From: Podarcis bocagei
Taxonomy: Eukaryota
Assembly (NCBI GenBank): GCA_964188305.1
Contig: OZ076898.1
Strand: one strand, 5' to 3'
Length of the DNA stretch: 64,000 nucleotides
This document shows positions 34,501-48,599 of the stretch, piece after piece. The position numbers and the translations under genes were made by a program. The notes beneath the pieces were generated by a model. That model had not been told where the DNA came from. It made no database searches and saw only the letters and a program-made list of their open reading frames with translations. The stretch's first letter is position 1; every line of letters begins with the position of its first letter.

Positions 34501-35674
34501 TGTCATGAACCCCACAGTGCTGTCAGGATTGGGATTGGATTGGCAGGCTCTGACAGAAGAGGAGGGAGAAGCAAAGCTGTGTACAGGGACTGAGTTATGG
34601 GAACCAGGGTTGGAGGGGGTGGACTCCCCTTTCCACCCTGACTTCAGACACTTTGGAAGGGGAAGAAGGATGCCAGCTCTTCCTTCTAATATTCCTGAGG
34701 AACTTAGTGGAGGCTGGGGAGAGCTTTGATCAGCCAAGCGGATGAGTCAGCAACTGAACAGAAGGGTGTAGTCTTGTTGCCTAGAATCTGGCATTTGTAG
34801 ATGAAAGCGGTAGATGAATGCCCTGAAGGAGCATTCACTTGAAATCTCGTCATTCCTACAAGACAAGTGAGTCTAGTACGTGAACGCACCATGCCAGGCC
34901 ATCTTTAGCAGATGCGGTGCTGGGGTGCAAATACCCACCCAGCGCCCCCAAATTACCATGGATAGGGGAGGCTGCGAAGCTGCACACTGCCAGCCATCGA
35001 AGGGGGGGGGGACTCTCTCCCATGCCGCTGCAGGAGAGCAATCCCCGCATAGGCTTGGGAGGGAAGCTGCACCCCGCCAACCATATGGCTGGCAGGTATG
35101 CAGCTTCCCTCCCAAGCCTCCATGGGAGGAGAATGCAGCTTCTCCCCCAAGCCTCCTTGGGAGGAGAGTGATCCCCACAGAGCCTTGGGAGGGAAGCTGA
35201 ATGCCCACCAGCCATATAGTTGGCGGGGCGCAGCTTCCATCCTAAGCCTGCAGGGATCGCTCTCCTCCCAAGGAGGCTTGGAAGGCATGCTGCGTGGTTG
35301 GCGGGGTGCAGCTGGTGGGCGTGCAGGGAAAGGGGAGGCCGCCGGCAAAGCCACACAGCTCCCCCACTCACTGGGGCACCCCTGAGAGGCCGGCGCCCTG
35401 GCGCAACGCACCACTAAGCCCTATGGGAAAGATGGCTCTGGTGCCATGCCTTGTCTTTAAAAGCTTGGTGAGAAGGGCAGAGAAATTAGTTGGGACATTT
35501 TCATCCCTTCCAGTTAGTTCTGAACATCTTGCACTGCTCCTGAACTCCTAAATCATGACTCCAGAGCACTGCATCAGCTGCCAAGCCTGTACTGTTAACT
35601 TGCCTGAATAAATATCTCTTTCTTACTTACAAGTAAGATCTTCTGTCTGCATGTGTTGGGTGGGAGTCAGGGCA
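34501..35674 (+). mobile_element. Old solo LTR (Gypsy-type, about 620 bp once the nested MITE is removed)
   Basis: Starts TGTCA, ends CA; 5-bp TSD ACTCC at 34496-34500 and 35675-35679; TTTAAAA near 35456 and AATAAA near 35607. Confidence 0.7.
34895..35440. mobile_element. GC-rich non-autonomous DNA transposon nested in the solo LTR
   Basis: TIR CAGGCCATCTTT / AAAGATGGCTCTG; CpG-decayed TSD GCACCATGC / GTGCCATGC; internal repeats in alternating orientation. Confidence 0.7.
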
Positions 35675-37401
35675 ACTCCCAGTAGAGGATGTCAGGACTG
35701 GGTTTGGGCCTCCTCCTGCAGTACCCAAGCCATTTTCTCTTCCTTACTTGGCTACAAAATCTTATCAATCTGACCTGGAGACTACTTTTTATATATGAAA
35801 ATTTGACTGCCTTTGAGCCTCTTCCACACTATTCACTCTGATCACTGTTAAAATCTGGAAGAGAAAGGAGAGGAGAGGCCTTCCTCTCTCCTCAGGCCAG
35901 TGTACTTTTGACATTTACATAACAAATCCAATCAAAGCAAGAACCACTGTGGACTTCATTTGAAAATACCTTCACACTTTCCTCCTCCCACTCTAAGCTA
36001 GCAAGTTTGATTCATGTCCTCTCCACAATTCCTTTCCAAAACTGGAAAGGGAACCCAAGAGTTCTGGTTTTAGGGCTAACTTATATATCAGTTTATGTTT
36101 ACAGCCGATTGACATGTGGAAAGATGGCTCAGGTTGACTTCAGCCCAGGAAAAACCAGTTTTAAGTGAATCAGACGCTACCCTTTGGTACTACGAGTTTG
36201 TTGCTATTTATCTCCTCACCCTCCCTGCACAGCCTGCTACTTAGCAGCTACCCACTGCTAGAAAGACTATCTGCTTGCCACCTGGTCATCCCTTAATATC
36301 CTGATCCCTCCTTCCTTCATTGATCCTTAGCTTAGGTTGTGAACACTCAGCTATAAGTCCACACACATACACTGCAGAAGTAGCTCCCCCTTCAAAGCAC
36401 TGCCATAGATTGCCACCTAGAGGTCCCTCATGGTATGGCCAGCTTTGCCTCAGTCTCTTAACCGTTAACTCAGGCATAGGTAAACTCGGCCCTCCAGATG
36501 TTTTGGGACTATAACTCCCATCATCGCTAGCTAACAGGACCAGTGGTTAACTGGTACTGAGCACATGCCTACATTAACTGGTACTGAGCACATGTATGTT
36601 TTTGCATTGCATGTGTTTGAGGCTTCAGTGTCTACTCCTGGCCATGCCTACATGAGGACTCCCCTGCTGTAGTTGTTCGCAAGTTGATCAGGAGAGGTTT
36701 GTCTCCAGTTGTCATAAGAACATACGGCATGCTTTCAATATATTTACTGCCATTCATTCATTCAACTTTTTCCCTGACAGGGATTCAAGGTGGCTTATAG
36801 ATAAAGCAGGTCTGTAATGGATCTTAGGACTGTGTCCTGTTGTTTGATTCTGCTTTTAAAATGCAGTAATAACTATGTTGAATATGAGCAGTGACAAGTT
36901 GTGCACCCCAACTTACTGCAATGATTTGTCTGGGGTTTGCAAAACAAATGGGGCAGGAGAATTCATCATGTGTCTTTGTGGGATTCCAAAATAACCATGT
37001 ACTGTCAGTAGAACTCCACTTTATTTTATGTAGAAGAAAGAGAGATGGGACAATAGTAGAGATGAGGGGCATCACAAGACCAAAACATTACAATATATAG
37101 CTAATTTACAGGTGCATGCATATGATTTTTTTTATCACTTAGTGATTCAGCAGCCAAATGCATAAACTGCCAGATCTAAAAAGTGATGTGTTTTGAATGA
37201 TGTTAGTGGGTAATATGGAACCTCTGTCTGTGATACATGCTTTTATGTATTCATGCTTAATGAAGTACTTGACAGGGGCAAACCCTGAAATCTTCCTTAA
37301 GTGTGGCTTGCACATGGAGTACAATCACCTGTAAATTAGTAGTTGCTACAGACCTTATGGCCGAAATCTTGCAGTGACTATATTGAATTCTTCCTTTGCA
37401 G

Positions 37402-37465
37402 TTTACAGCTGTTAGCTCTGCAGAAGCCATGGACTGGGTGGATCAGATCCAATTCCTGCTTAAGG
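37402..37465 (+). CDS. SKAP1: SKAP1 coding exon, end of PH domain (FTAVSSAEAMDWVDQIQFLLK)
   Basis: ttcctttgcag acceptor and gtgagt donor; 64 bp; PH C-terminal helix with the conserved Trp. Confidence 0.94.
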
Positions 37466-40078
37466 GTGAGTAGCTTAAGAGGGAACAAATCCATATGATA
37501 TAGGTGAGTGTGATTCCCACCTATAAAACTTGAGACTTGTTGACTTGCAGCTGAGGGCATGTACTGCTGTCATTGAAAAACACTGTGTTTTGAGGGAATA
37601 TGAACTGATAGGAAGTTCTATCTGTAGTGGTTGCTGGCCCATTCACACATGCAAGACGTCAGAGGAAGACCTGCCTCCTGTGATGTTCCAGTGTAGCAAT
37701 GCAGTCTCCAAAGTTGTATATTTTTCAACTGATGAGCATATATTTATGAGCCTAACTGTTATTTAGACTATGTCAATTAATTAGACAGGAATTGACTACA
37801 AAGGGCCAAACAGTGTATAAACTCCAGACTTCCAATCACCCTCCTTCTGTATTATTTACCAGAATCTTAGCTTTTGTGCCTGTGCTTTTCTGTTGATTTC
37901 TTACCCTCACGCAGAAAATCACATAAGCATAGTGGTAAGATTGTCTAAAAAGCTCACAAAACAAAAGGCAATCTTTAATTTAAAGAAGATCCCAAAGTAA
38001 CGTTTCTGAAACCTTTAATATTGTTTTGAAAGGGAGAAGGCAACAGTTCTTCTACTCATTTAATTGCTAATATTCACATTTGTGTCCTCCTTTCCTGGCA
38101 AAAAGCAGTTTCCATCAAGGTTATCCCATTTTATCCTTGCAGCAAATCTGTCAGCTGGATTAGGAAGAGAGATGGTGATTGGCCCAACTCTACCTGACCA
38201 CTTCCGTGGTCATGTGACAATTCGAACATCTTCTAGGTTGAAGTCCAATGCTTTATAAATCCTGGGGAGTTCAGAGGCATGCACACACAGTGACACACTG
38301 AAAGAACATTTGACACAAGTTACATGGGCTTGCCCCATCTCTACTGCCTATGCATGGGGTGGCCACACTGCCACCTACTGTCCATATTTTAGGCCAGTAC
38401 ATAGGCTTGCCACGTATAACAATGTATGTAATAATAATAATAATAATAATAATAAATTTTATTTATATCCCGCCCTCCCCAGCCGAAGCCGGGCTCAGGG
38501 CGGCTAACAACAATAAAACAGTACAAAAGTACAACATAAACAACATTCTAAAATCATTCATTATAAAAATTAATTAAATAAAGCTCTTCCACAAAAGTGG
38601 GGAAACTGGCCCAGTCAGAGTTGCCCCCTTTGTGTGGAGAATCTCTACTCTACATGCACTCCATTGTTTGCTTATAGAGCCCCTTTAGACAACTAAATGT
38701 ATGGATAAAATAGGTGTGTGTGCACTTCATGCATCACCAGGAAGCAGGGCTAGCCCCTGGGACCTCACAACACCTTCACACATTATTTTCTTCTATTTCC
38801 TCCATTAAACCACACTTGAAATTTACTAACCTTCCTGACAGGATCCTAGGTCATGTACGATGCGCAACCCAGATATGATAGTTCCTGTCTAGAGGTCCTA
38901 CAATCTAGATAAAAATGGGGGAGGGCGGGGTGACTTGGTGAAGAGGTGCAAACAACATGGGGCTAGGGCCATTTCAGGTTTTGCTGAGGAAGTGTGTAGT
39001 GTGTAACACGGGACTTGAGGAAAGTTTGACAAAGAAGGGGAATATTCTCCCAGTCCTTTCCCCAGAAGCTATGAGAAATGGACTGGGAGAAGAAGCTATC
39101 TTGTTCTAAAGGCACCTACTGAAAATCACTGGCTGGTTACCCCTTAACACCCTTTAACTACAATGCCATGCTCACAATGGGAATGTTGAACAAGGAAACA
39201 TTTTCCACCTTCTCTATCCTTGTTTGTGAGCGAAATGTGGGTCTTAATCCACATCAGTGTTTATATGGATATAAAACTAGGGGCTGCTAGTTCTTTCATT
39301 TTAATTAACTCAAAATTCATGTGTGTGATCTCATAGATGTTACGTAAAACAAAGTGAAAGTGTCCTGAGACTCAAATCCAAAGGATGCCTTCTTCTCCCC
39401 ATCCCCTTTTGATGTTGTTGTCTATAAGGTGTTAGTGCTATTTGCTATTCCATATTTATTTATTTATTTATTGTTGCTTGTTTTGTGTGCCAGGATAATC
39501 TCCTAATAATGAACTGTGTGTGCATGTATGTATGTATGTATGTGTGATGGGTTAATTAAAAATTAAACTCACACTTGCTTTGCTGAAGCCACTTTCTGAG
39601 TTGCAAAGGATGTGTGCTCTCAAAGCACCCTCTTCTGGTCAGTGTGTGAAAGCAGTATTGATACTGGGGGATTTTTTTAAAGATGCTATGACTAACATTT
39701 TGTCAGCTTACATAAACTCATGAAGGTAGGAGTCACCAGAAAGCTGTCCCCTCTCAACTCCAAGGATAAATAATCTGCAAATCGTATCTGCCCACACATT
39801 CCAATTAGCCAAAATAATTCAGACAACAATAGGGGAGGAAGAAAGAGCAAATCACAGCAAGCAACCTGCTAAGCAGAGATCTCCAGAAAAGAAATGGCCC
39901 AAGAAGTATTGTCGTTTGAGGAGAGAAGCTCCAATACCACAGACTAGCTTGGTATAGTTGGAGAGGAGGGCACAAGATCCCCCCCCCCCCGAACATCTTT
40001 CTCCAATTGATTTGACCTCTGATCAATTGAAAGTGATGGTAAAGATGTTTGTTTTATTTTGTTCCAGGGTTCACTAGG

Positions 40079-40217
40079 CAATGGATGGGGAAATTGTGGC
40101 TCTCCAGATGTTGTTGGATTCCAGCTCCCATCAGCCCCAACCAAAATAGTCAGTTGTCATAGATAATGGGAGCTGGAATCCAACAACATCTGGAAAGCCA
40201 GAAGTTCCTCATCCCTG
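40079..40217. mobile_element. Short palindromic MITE
   Basis: TCCAGATGTTGTTGGATTCCAGCTCCCAT pairs with ATGGGAGCTGGAATCCAACAACATCTGGA; partial copies near 36470, 49155 and 61810. Confidence 0.7.
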
Positions 40218-41146
40218 AACTAAGCAAATTGATCCTGTTCTGGAGCATATAAAGTAGTAATCACAAAAGAAAACTAATGCCTATGGTCATATGTACAATA
40301 CTTCTCATTCACCTCTGATAAACCTCAGCCAGCTAGCACCACACCTCTGCTGACTAGTGTTAGGACTTTCAGGCTATATAGGGTGTGCTACTTTTTACAG
40401 CTTTAAACCTACCACCTCTCATTCTAGAAAAGCAGTGATGATACTCCCAGTTTCAATGTATAGGTTCACCCAACTGCTCTTATAGGGTAAAGAGGTTCCC
40501 ACCCTGTCCCCTAGTGTGTGCGCAAACAGAAACTAACTTGATACTAATAAAGCCATGTTGCTGTGAACCGCTATGGGGGAAACTGCTGGGAAACACACAT
40601 ACTTCACTTTGCTGTTGTTGTTGTTATGGCAGAGATTAAGCTAGTGGAGAAACTGGGGCTTTAATGTTCAGGGTTTTTTGTTCTGGTTTTGTTTTTAAAT
40701 TTGCCTGTTTCAATACTCTTTAAATGCTTTGTCAGCCTCCCTGAGTTTCAGACACTAGGATATTGTGGGATGGGGAGGGATACAGTCAAACCATGCTTCA
40801 CTGAGACAAGAGCTGTACTTTCCAGGTCCAGATCTAACTGTCTTCATGGAAGCTTCATGGAAGAGGATAACTCAGGCATATTCAGAGCATTCTTGTTATG
40901 GCACCTGTTAGCTCAAATTAAGGGCAGAAGTTGGTTCTTCCGTCACTCGGGACACGTGACAAATTTAATAATCAGTCTTAACAAACCTCCATCAACATTC
41001 GCTCAGACCACATCTTGCCAGCTGAAAATAATACTGTTTACCCTAAGGAACACCAGCATCTAATTGTGCTGTCCATTTCCCTTTTTCTCTTTATTTTCCT
41101 CTTCCTTTGTGTGTCATGTATTTTCCTTCGTATCTTCTTCGCCCAG

Positions 41147-41335
41147 ATATTAAGTCCTCAGTTATCCCCTGTGAGGAAGTCGAGGACGACGACAACAATA
41201 TCAAAGAAGAGGCCTATGATGACATAGACAGTTTTGATTCCCCCAATGTGACACATCATCAGGATACCTCTTTGGATATGGAGGAAGATGAGGATGACAG
41301 ACAGAGCGATGACTGCATTTATGAAGTTCTTCCAG
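41147..41335 (+). CDS. SKAP1: SKAP1 coding exon, acidic linker with YDDI and YEVL motifs
   Basis: Polypyrimidine tract plus cag; donor gttag; 189 bp, phase 1-1; EEAYDDID and IYEVLP. Confidence 0.93.
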
Positions 41336-42255
41336 GTTAGCAGGCTTTCCTTCATATAAAGCTGCTTTGTATGGCAACTCAAACCATTGGTCCATCTATC
41401 TGAGGCTGTGTGCACACCACAGTGTTAATGTGTATGTGTGCCGCACATTAGCGCCTTCGGTTGAACTCTTTCTCAATGCTCCCCATCCATAGTGGTGGGC
41501 AGTGCTTGATGTGATGTATTCCCACTATGTATTTTTGTCCCCCCCTCCCCACTTGCCAATTAGTACTTCTTCACACACCCGAGTTCCGGAAACCTAAAGG
41601 CCATTTTAGGCATATGGGCAGGTATTTGTTTACCTATGCGTGCAACCATAAAAATAAAAAAATAGACTCAAGTTTTCTGATATACCAGACTTGCACAAAA
41701 CAATTGGGTTGTGGTTTTTTTAAGCATGTGTTACACACAGCCTCACTGGCAGCCCACTTAGTAGCACCAGGGCTAATGAAAATAAAGAATCGATGGGTGA
41801 TAGGTGGCACCCAGGACAGTATCATTGCACGCTTCAAAAACAACAACAACCCACACTTTGCCCTTCAGTATATCCACAGTTGGGTAACAGGCAATTTTAC
41901 GTTGCGTTTTTTCCTTACTGCATTATCCACAGATCAGAAAAGTTTGAATTAAATTGGGGCGGGGCGGGGCTTTGGAGTGTCAGCTGCCACTTGGATGAGG
42001 ACAGTGTTGTGTGAACAACACCAGAAAACATGCACCCCTGAGATGCATTGGTTAGAGGATGAGCCTAAAGAGCTGGGCTGAGGGCCTAGGGAGGGAAGGA
42101 TTCATACACATACCCAGTATTGCCCATTCTTACAGACTTCCAGAAAACAGGCTTGGACCTGTGCTTTCTAGACACAGGACAAGGGGAAGTGGGGATGAGC
42201 CCAAAGTGCTCATGCGATCTGTAACAATCTCTTCCTGCCCTTGTATTTCAGAGTA

Positions 42256-42508
42256 CAGTGGTACCTCTGGTTAAGAACCTAATTTGTTCTGGAGGTCCGT
42301 TCTTAACCTGAAACTGTTCTTAACCTTAAGCACCACTTTAGCTAATGGGGCCTCCTGCTGCCACTGCGCTGCCACTGCGCTGCCACTGCACGATTTCTGT
42401 TCTCATCCTGAAGCAAAGTTCTTAACCCGAGGTAATATTTCTGGGTTAGCGGAGTCAGTAACCTGAAGCGTATGTAACCTGAAGCATATGTAACCTGAGG
42501 TACCACTG
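42256..42508 (-). mobile_element. Tigger-like MITE, reverse orientation
   Basis: TA-flanked TIRs; reverse complement of the 57430-57671 family. Confidence 0.85.
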
Positions 42509-42631
42509 TACAAGAGTGCCCATTTGTCTAGAGTTCTTTTGTCTAGAACATAACTTCTGCCTAGAATACATTACTATGCAGATGAATTCCCATGTCAGTT
42601 TGCAAGTGAAAGCCAGTAGAACAGGTAGAAT

Positions 42632-42877
42632 CAGGGGCGCCGACTTGTACCCCACATTGAGGGGGCCCATCGTCATGTGATATATCTCACCAGCGTGAGC
42701 GCTTGCCCGGCAGCGGCAGGGGATGCGAATCACCCTCTGCGCATCCTGCCAAGCATGCAAATGCTTGCCTGGTGGTGGCAGGTATGGCAGCCCCCTCAAT
42801 ATTGGGAGGGCTTGGCCCCCTCCCCACAAATATTGAGGGGGCTGAAGCCCCTTCCGCCACTACAGTTGGCACCCCTG
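42632..42877. mobile_element. hAT-type MITE
   Basis: CAGGGGCGCCGAC / GTTGGCACCCCTG; TSD GGTAGAAT / GTTAGAAT. Confidence 0.75.
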
Positions 42878-45150
42878 GTTAGAATAGAAAACTCAACAAT
42901 TTGCCTCAATTAACCAGAAAATATTAGTTTACCTGGGAAGAAAGAATAGCAAAATCTGGAAATTTCACATATTCTGCACTCATCACACAGTGCTTTTCTA
43001 AGTGCTGTGAAAACTGCAACTCCTGCTCCCACCAGACCACCCAAACCACCATGAGCAGGGATCAGCCACCATGGGCACATTGGTAACAAGTACCTGGTTT
43101 GGATTCTATCTGCTCAGCTCTCCAATTTCTTGAGATACATGTTCTGCTTTCTCTACCTTTTGCAGACCCTCCTACTTTTGTGTCATATGCAGCACACAAG
43201 TAGCGGGCAGCAAATTAATCAGAGCTGTAGTTGAGGAACCGGCATGGACTCTGTTCATTTTGTTTTTGTCATTTCATAAGGGGAAGGCAGGTTCCTTACC
43301 GTGCAGATTCAGTTACTTTTGAGGCCTGGCTGTGGAGATTAGATTTAAGAGCAGGAGTGTGGGATGGTAGAATTGAACTGTTGTGTTTGTTTGAAATCTG
43401 AGATTAATGGGATGATGAATTTTGTGTCACAATACCAAATACTATGCTTGCACAGAAAACCTGTGGACTCAAAAAATAAACAGCTTTGGATGTCAAACAT
43501 CCCTTTGAGTTCAATCTGGGACTTACCATTACAAAAAGGGCAATACTTATCTTTTATTTTATTTACAAATTTACAAGCAGGATTCATTGGAAATATTAGA
43601 CACCTACAAAGGGAGCAAAACTACTAATCCTGCATCACATTAGCAAACAAAGCAACATCCTAAACATCTGCAACTCCCCAGCTGATTCCAGTCCAGCTAG
43701 AGACCTGCGGGTATAGGGCAGTATACAAATTTAATAAATAATAATAATAAACAGAGAGCACTTTGTTTCTCTCTAGGTTGCAACCTTACAAATTGTTTAT
43801 TTACCCCTCCTACTAGCTCTGGATGGGCATTGTATTCTAAAGGCAGGGGAGAGAGATTACCAGGCTATTAAGAAAAACATCCCTGGTCATTAAAAAACAT
43901 TAGCCACCTTTTGTCAAGCCCCTGATTACCCATTAGTCTGTCAGGTGAAACCATAGTGATAGGGCCCATTCATGCTAATCAAGACAGCAAAACTCATAAC
44001 ACCATTTGATGTGAATAGTATATCCATTCACCCTTCTGTTCAGGTGTGGATGGCCAATCTGGGAAAACAGCCTAGCTTTTCACATTGCCTTTCCATTGTG
44101 CGTAATGTACACAGAGCAGAGCAGCAGATCTGCTCTACCAATCTGGCTTTTGCTACCTTCATGCAACAAAATCAGCATACGAGTCTCTGCAGATGGTCAC
44201 CGAGAACAGTGGATCTACTATAATTGCTTGTGTACAGCAGGATCCCATTGGAGGTTGCATATTTTCAGCAGCTCTTTACATTTGAAACATTCCTACAGCA
44301 CACAGAAGCTGACTGCTGGATCAGAATGAAATTTTGATGCTTCATTTCATTGCAGCCTTGTTTTTCTGTCAGACATGACTAAACGACTAAACAACGACGA
44401 AAGAGAGAGAGTGAACAGTGTTCAAACAGTTGAAATAGCCACATTTTTTCTATACAAATACACTAGAATGCACAATCCTTGTGTGCCCACAACTGTATTA
44501 CAGAAAGGTACCCACAGAGCAAACTGCTGCAAATGACTTAAATAAGAGGCCAAAATTAAAAACAAAAGGGCCTGACATGAAGGGAAATTTCTTCTTGACT
44601 TTAAATATATTGATCACTCAGACCCTGAGTGAGCAAAACCCATCCAGCAAGATCCCTGACAAAGACTGAGGTGGGGCATGGGGGGATCAACTCCACCCAG
44701 CATCCTGTTCCTAGTTCTAGACCATTCCTGGAATAGGAGGAAGTCCCCAAGGTTATGCAGGAGAAAAAGATTAATGTTTCTCTGCTGGCAAGAGTGTCCC
44801 TGGATGGTGCAGCGTGTCTTTTCCTTGCTACTGGGGTCATTACAGTCAGCCTCCATACACAGTGACCTTCTGGTTGGAAAGCTTGAGTTGCAGATAAGTT
44901 TGAGTCCTGGCATTTCCTCTGCATGCAAACTGATCCCTCCCCAGATTGCAGAGGAAATCCTGTCAAGAGAATTGATAATGAGTGGCAAGCTTTCACATTG
45001 ACATGGATGGAATGGGATACAAATCCAACCCAAAGATAGTTGTGCACAGCAAAGCATTATGTTCTGAATGAAGGTTGTATAGTGGCATTTGCGCTCTGAG
45101 AATTGGATGAGAAGGCAACTTCATCATCTGATCTTTTATCCTGTTCCCAC

Positions 45151-46035
45151 TAGGGCTGAGCGATAACTGGTTTTCAATATCGCGATATATCACCAGCTAA
45201 ATGTTGTGATATATTGATATATCACAATATCTGAAATAAGGAAAGAACTACACAGGCGAATAGGACAATGTCCTGGCAACTGCTACTACTACTTGCAGGC
45301 TGCCACTGCTACTGCCACCAGCTCCCGTCACCACCATGAGGCCTCACAAGTTGCCACTGCTTGTGCCGCCACTGCCAGGCCTTGCAGGCTGCTGCTGCTA
45401 CTGCTGTCCCCTCCCACTGCCTTCATAAGGACTTGCAGGCCACCATGATTGTGCCGCCACTGCCAGGCCTTGCAGGTTGTCACCACTACTACCGACATGT
45501 ACCATGGTTATGGCAAGCTGTTTCAGCCACTGCTGCTTCTGCCTCCTAGCAGGCCTGCTGATGGTCTGGCAGTCCCAGATTATTTGTATTCACTATGACT
45601 CATTGCTGTAGTTTGGATTGACCTAAATACCACCATTTGGTAGCCAAGCCCAAAAGCAAAAGTCCTGTTGGGATGCATTTTGGCTTGCCTGGTGATGAAA
45701 CTGAGTGTGTGATGATTGATAATATTGTCATTTATCTGTTTTAGACCCCTAGCAATTGCAAGGACATTGTCCTGTTCACCTCTGTATAGTTCCAGCCTTA
45801 CTTCAGACATTGTGGTAGATTGCAATGTTTAGCTGGTGATATTGTGAGGTTTAGCTGCTGATAACATTGCTGTGTTTAGCTGGTGATTTATCGCGATGTT
45901 GAAAACCAGATATTGCTTAGTCCTTACACACATTGTGATTTGTGATATATTGCCAGCTCAAATATTATGAAACATTATCACAATGTGAACTTTAAACCAG
46001 TTTTGGACAATATATTGATATATTGCCCAGCCGTA
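45151..46035. mobile_element. Non-autonomous hAT (Ac-like) element
   Basis: TAGGGCTGAGCGATA / TATTGCCCAGCCGTA; perfect 8-bp TSD GTTCCCAC; subterminal (C)GATAT repeats. Confidence 0.82.
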
Positions 46036-47860
46036 GTTCCCACCTATCTAAACACAGTCCCATCACTGTAGCTCACTGGCAAGGCTATGACTTATCAGAG
46101 GACAAGATTCATGGGCAAGACTGCTGAATCAGCTACATCACTAGAGCTTGAACAAAGGAGTAGGCAATAAAATAGATACACCAGCAATATTGTGGCTGAT
46201 ACCGTGGCACATATACCTGGTCCTTGTGGCCCCAACCTTCCTGGAGTCTTAGTTGGTGTGGGAAGTACTTCCATGCAAATATCTTCATGAGGAAGCAGGA
46301 CTAGGATGAGGCAGTTCCATGGGAGCATGAGGCCTATGGGATAAGCAGGCAGCATCAGGTCCAAGGCAAGAACAGGATGTTGAACAGCTCCAGGTGGGGG
46401 AGCCCTCCTGGTTGGCATGGATCGTGTTCACATTGTCGCCTTAGAGAACATTGAACTTGTGCTTTTTTGATGTGTTTCACAGTTCTGGTTGCAGCTGTGT
46501 GTACACACCAGGGAATATTAAAAGGGCGGAAATATTTTAATTTATGCAAAGGTGTTCATACCTTGACTAGAGAAAAATTAGGAACAGCTTAAGGTCTTCA
46601 ATCATTTTGAAGCTGGTTTTAGAATCAACATATCAACCAGTAGTATCTTAGAACAAAGGAAAGGATATTATGCATTTTGGATAATGTTGTGTGAACACAG
46701 AGTAAAAACCAAGCACTGGAAACACAAGGAGTGCACAGTAAATAGGAGTGTGAACACAGCCATAGTTGCCTCCTGAGACAGCTATAGAAATTGTTTTCTG
46801 TGCAGAGAGCTAGAACCAACTGAAACCTTATGTAGGTTGACAAGACCCAAAGTATGGAATGCTCCACCTCGCTGGAGGGACTGGCCAGCTGGTTAAAGTG
46901 CCCTCACCTTATTTTGTAGTCTTTACCTTTTGTGAGGAAGAGGAGAGAGAGATACTGCAGGGGTCTCATGAGTCAAAGAATGGTAACAGAGCTGTGTCTT
47001 CCAACTGGAAGGGCCCCAAATTACATTTGGATGGTTCTCCCTTGAGCACACAGTCTGAATGTCATTCTCATCAGAGTCCTTCATTGAGTAATGCAAGGTC
47101 TGTGGGTCATAATACCCTGTTCTGCAGTGAGAGCTCTTTGCATTATGGTGGCAGCTTCTAGCTGGATCCTTTGGGGTCCCTATTCTTTGGGTTGTGGAAA
47201 TGACTTTGGGATGTTCTGTACTAAAAGGAATAGTGTAGGCATAAATGTTTCCCTGTCTTCAACTTGTTCTGTGGATTGGCCTTCCTCAAAGCAGTTCTTG
47301 AGTTGATTTCATGATGCAAGAGGTCTGGTTATCCTTTCTGATTCCGACACTAGGCGGTGATAGTTGCACCTTTGCAGGAATACAAGGTATTGCAGCGTAT
47401 AAGGTACGGGTAGAGAAAGATTGCCAAATACAGAGCTATTAGCAGCTGCATGTGTTTTAGTAGCTTTGCGCTAATACTGATGCAAAATGGTCCACTTAGG
47501 CATGCGCTGAAGTTAGAGTGGGAGAGATCAGTCTGCTTGTATTCAATGCCCATTTTCAAGTGTTCTGTCATAAAATGTTAATTCAGTCAGTTTTGTCCTT
47601 TTTCTACGTTAAACTATTATTATAAAAAATTGCATAAGAATTTGCATTTATATACATATTTAAATATCTTCACAAAATATGCATTTCTATTTTATTTCCA
47701 AATCCATGTTTTAAGCACAGTTTTTGAGGTGAGAAAGTGTATTTGGAGAATTTTGTACTTCAAAATTTAGAGTAGTGCGAAAAGTAATTTGTTCTGATTT
47801 ACACATTAGTCCAGGAGGATGCAGATCAGGCCAGATCACACCAGAATTCCTTGCTCTCCT

Positions 47861-47861
<1 letters not shown>

Positions 47862-47891
<30 letters not shown>
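47862..47891. repeat. (CT)n microsatellite
   Basis: Direct reading. Confidence 0.9.
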
Positions 47892-47894
<3 letters not shown>

Positions 47895-48599
47895 CAACTC
47901 TCTCTTCAACTAGAGTTGAAGCTCTGCTGGAGGCTGGAGGAAGCACAGGAAAGTGGCTGCTGCTGCTGTGCTACCTCCAACATCAGCTGTTAGGTGAGGA
48001 GGCTGAGCAGCCTAAGCAAAGCCCTGCTGTGCCCTCAGGTCTCTATGGGGCTTCCTCTGCCCTCACTGACATCCTCTTCAGGCTCCAGGGAAGGTCTCCC
48101 CATGAGCCACAAGGACTCCAGCCCTCTGCTGCCATTTTTTGGTATGAGTCTGTCTGTCTGTTTATTTCCCGGAACTGCATGTAAGTAGAACATGCTTAAG
48201 TGGGGGAAGATGTGCGCCTGTACTATATCAAACAGTCTCAGCATTTGTTAGATTAGGGCAAAAGAGTGTCACCATATAATTTCTAAAATGAGAGGAAGAC
48301 AAGGCACTCTGAACCTGCCTCAAGGCAGTGACTTCCTTGTTGCCTCACATAGTTTCGAGAAGTGGCACAGATCTAGGTCTGGAAAACCCCCAATAGTGAC
48401 TTGGCAGGGGGAGATTCTCTGTTTCTTCCCCCCAGCATCCTGTCCACCTCCATCTTCAAGTTCAATGATTCTGAAAGCTTCTGAAGCCAAGTCTCTGTGT
48501 AGCTTGCAGCTAGACATTCAAGCCATTTTCCCCCAAGTCTCCCACCGATGTAGTGGAGCAGGCCTGCAATAGGGGCAGATCCTCCAAGGAGCTGTGTTT

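Noticed and set aside
34856-35551. Cluster of 65-170 aa ORFs on both strands
   Set aside because: They arise from a GC-rich, internally repetitive MITE
36547-36594. 21-bp direct repeat with 27-bp period
   Set aside because: Only two copies next to a truncated MITE; a local duplication, not an array
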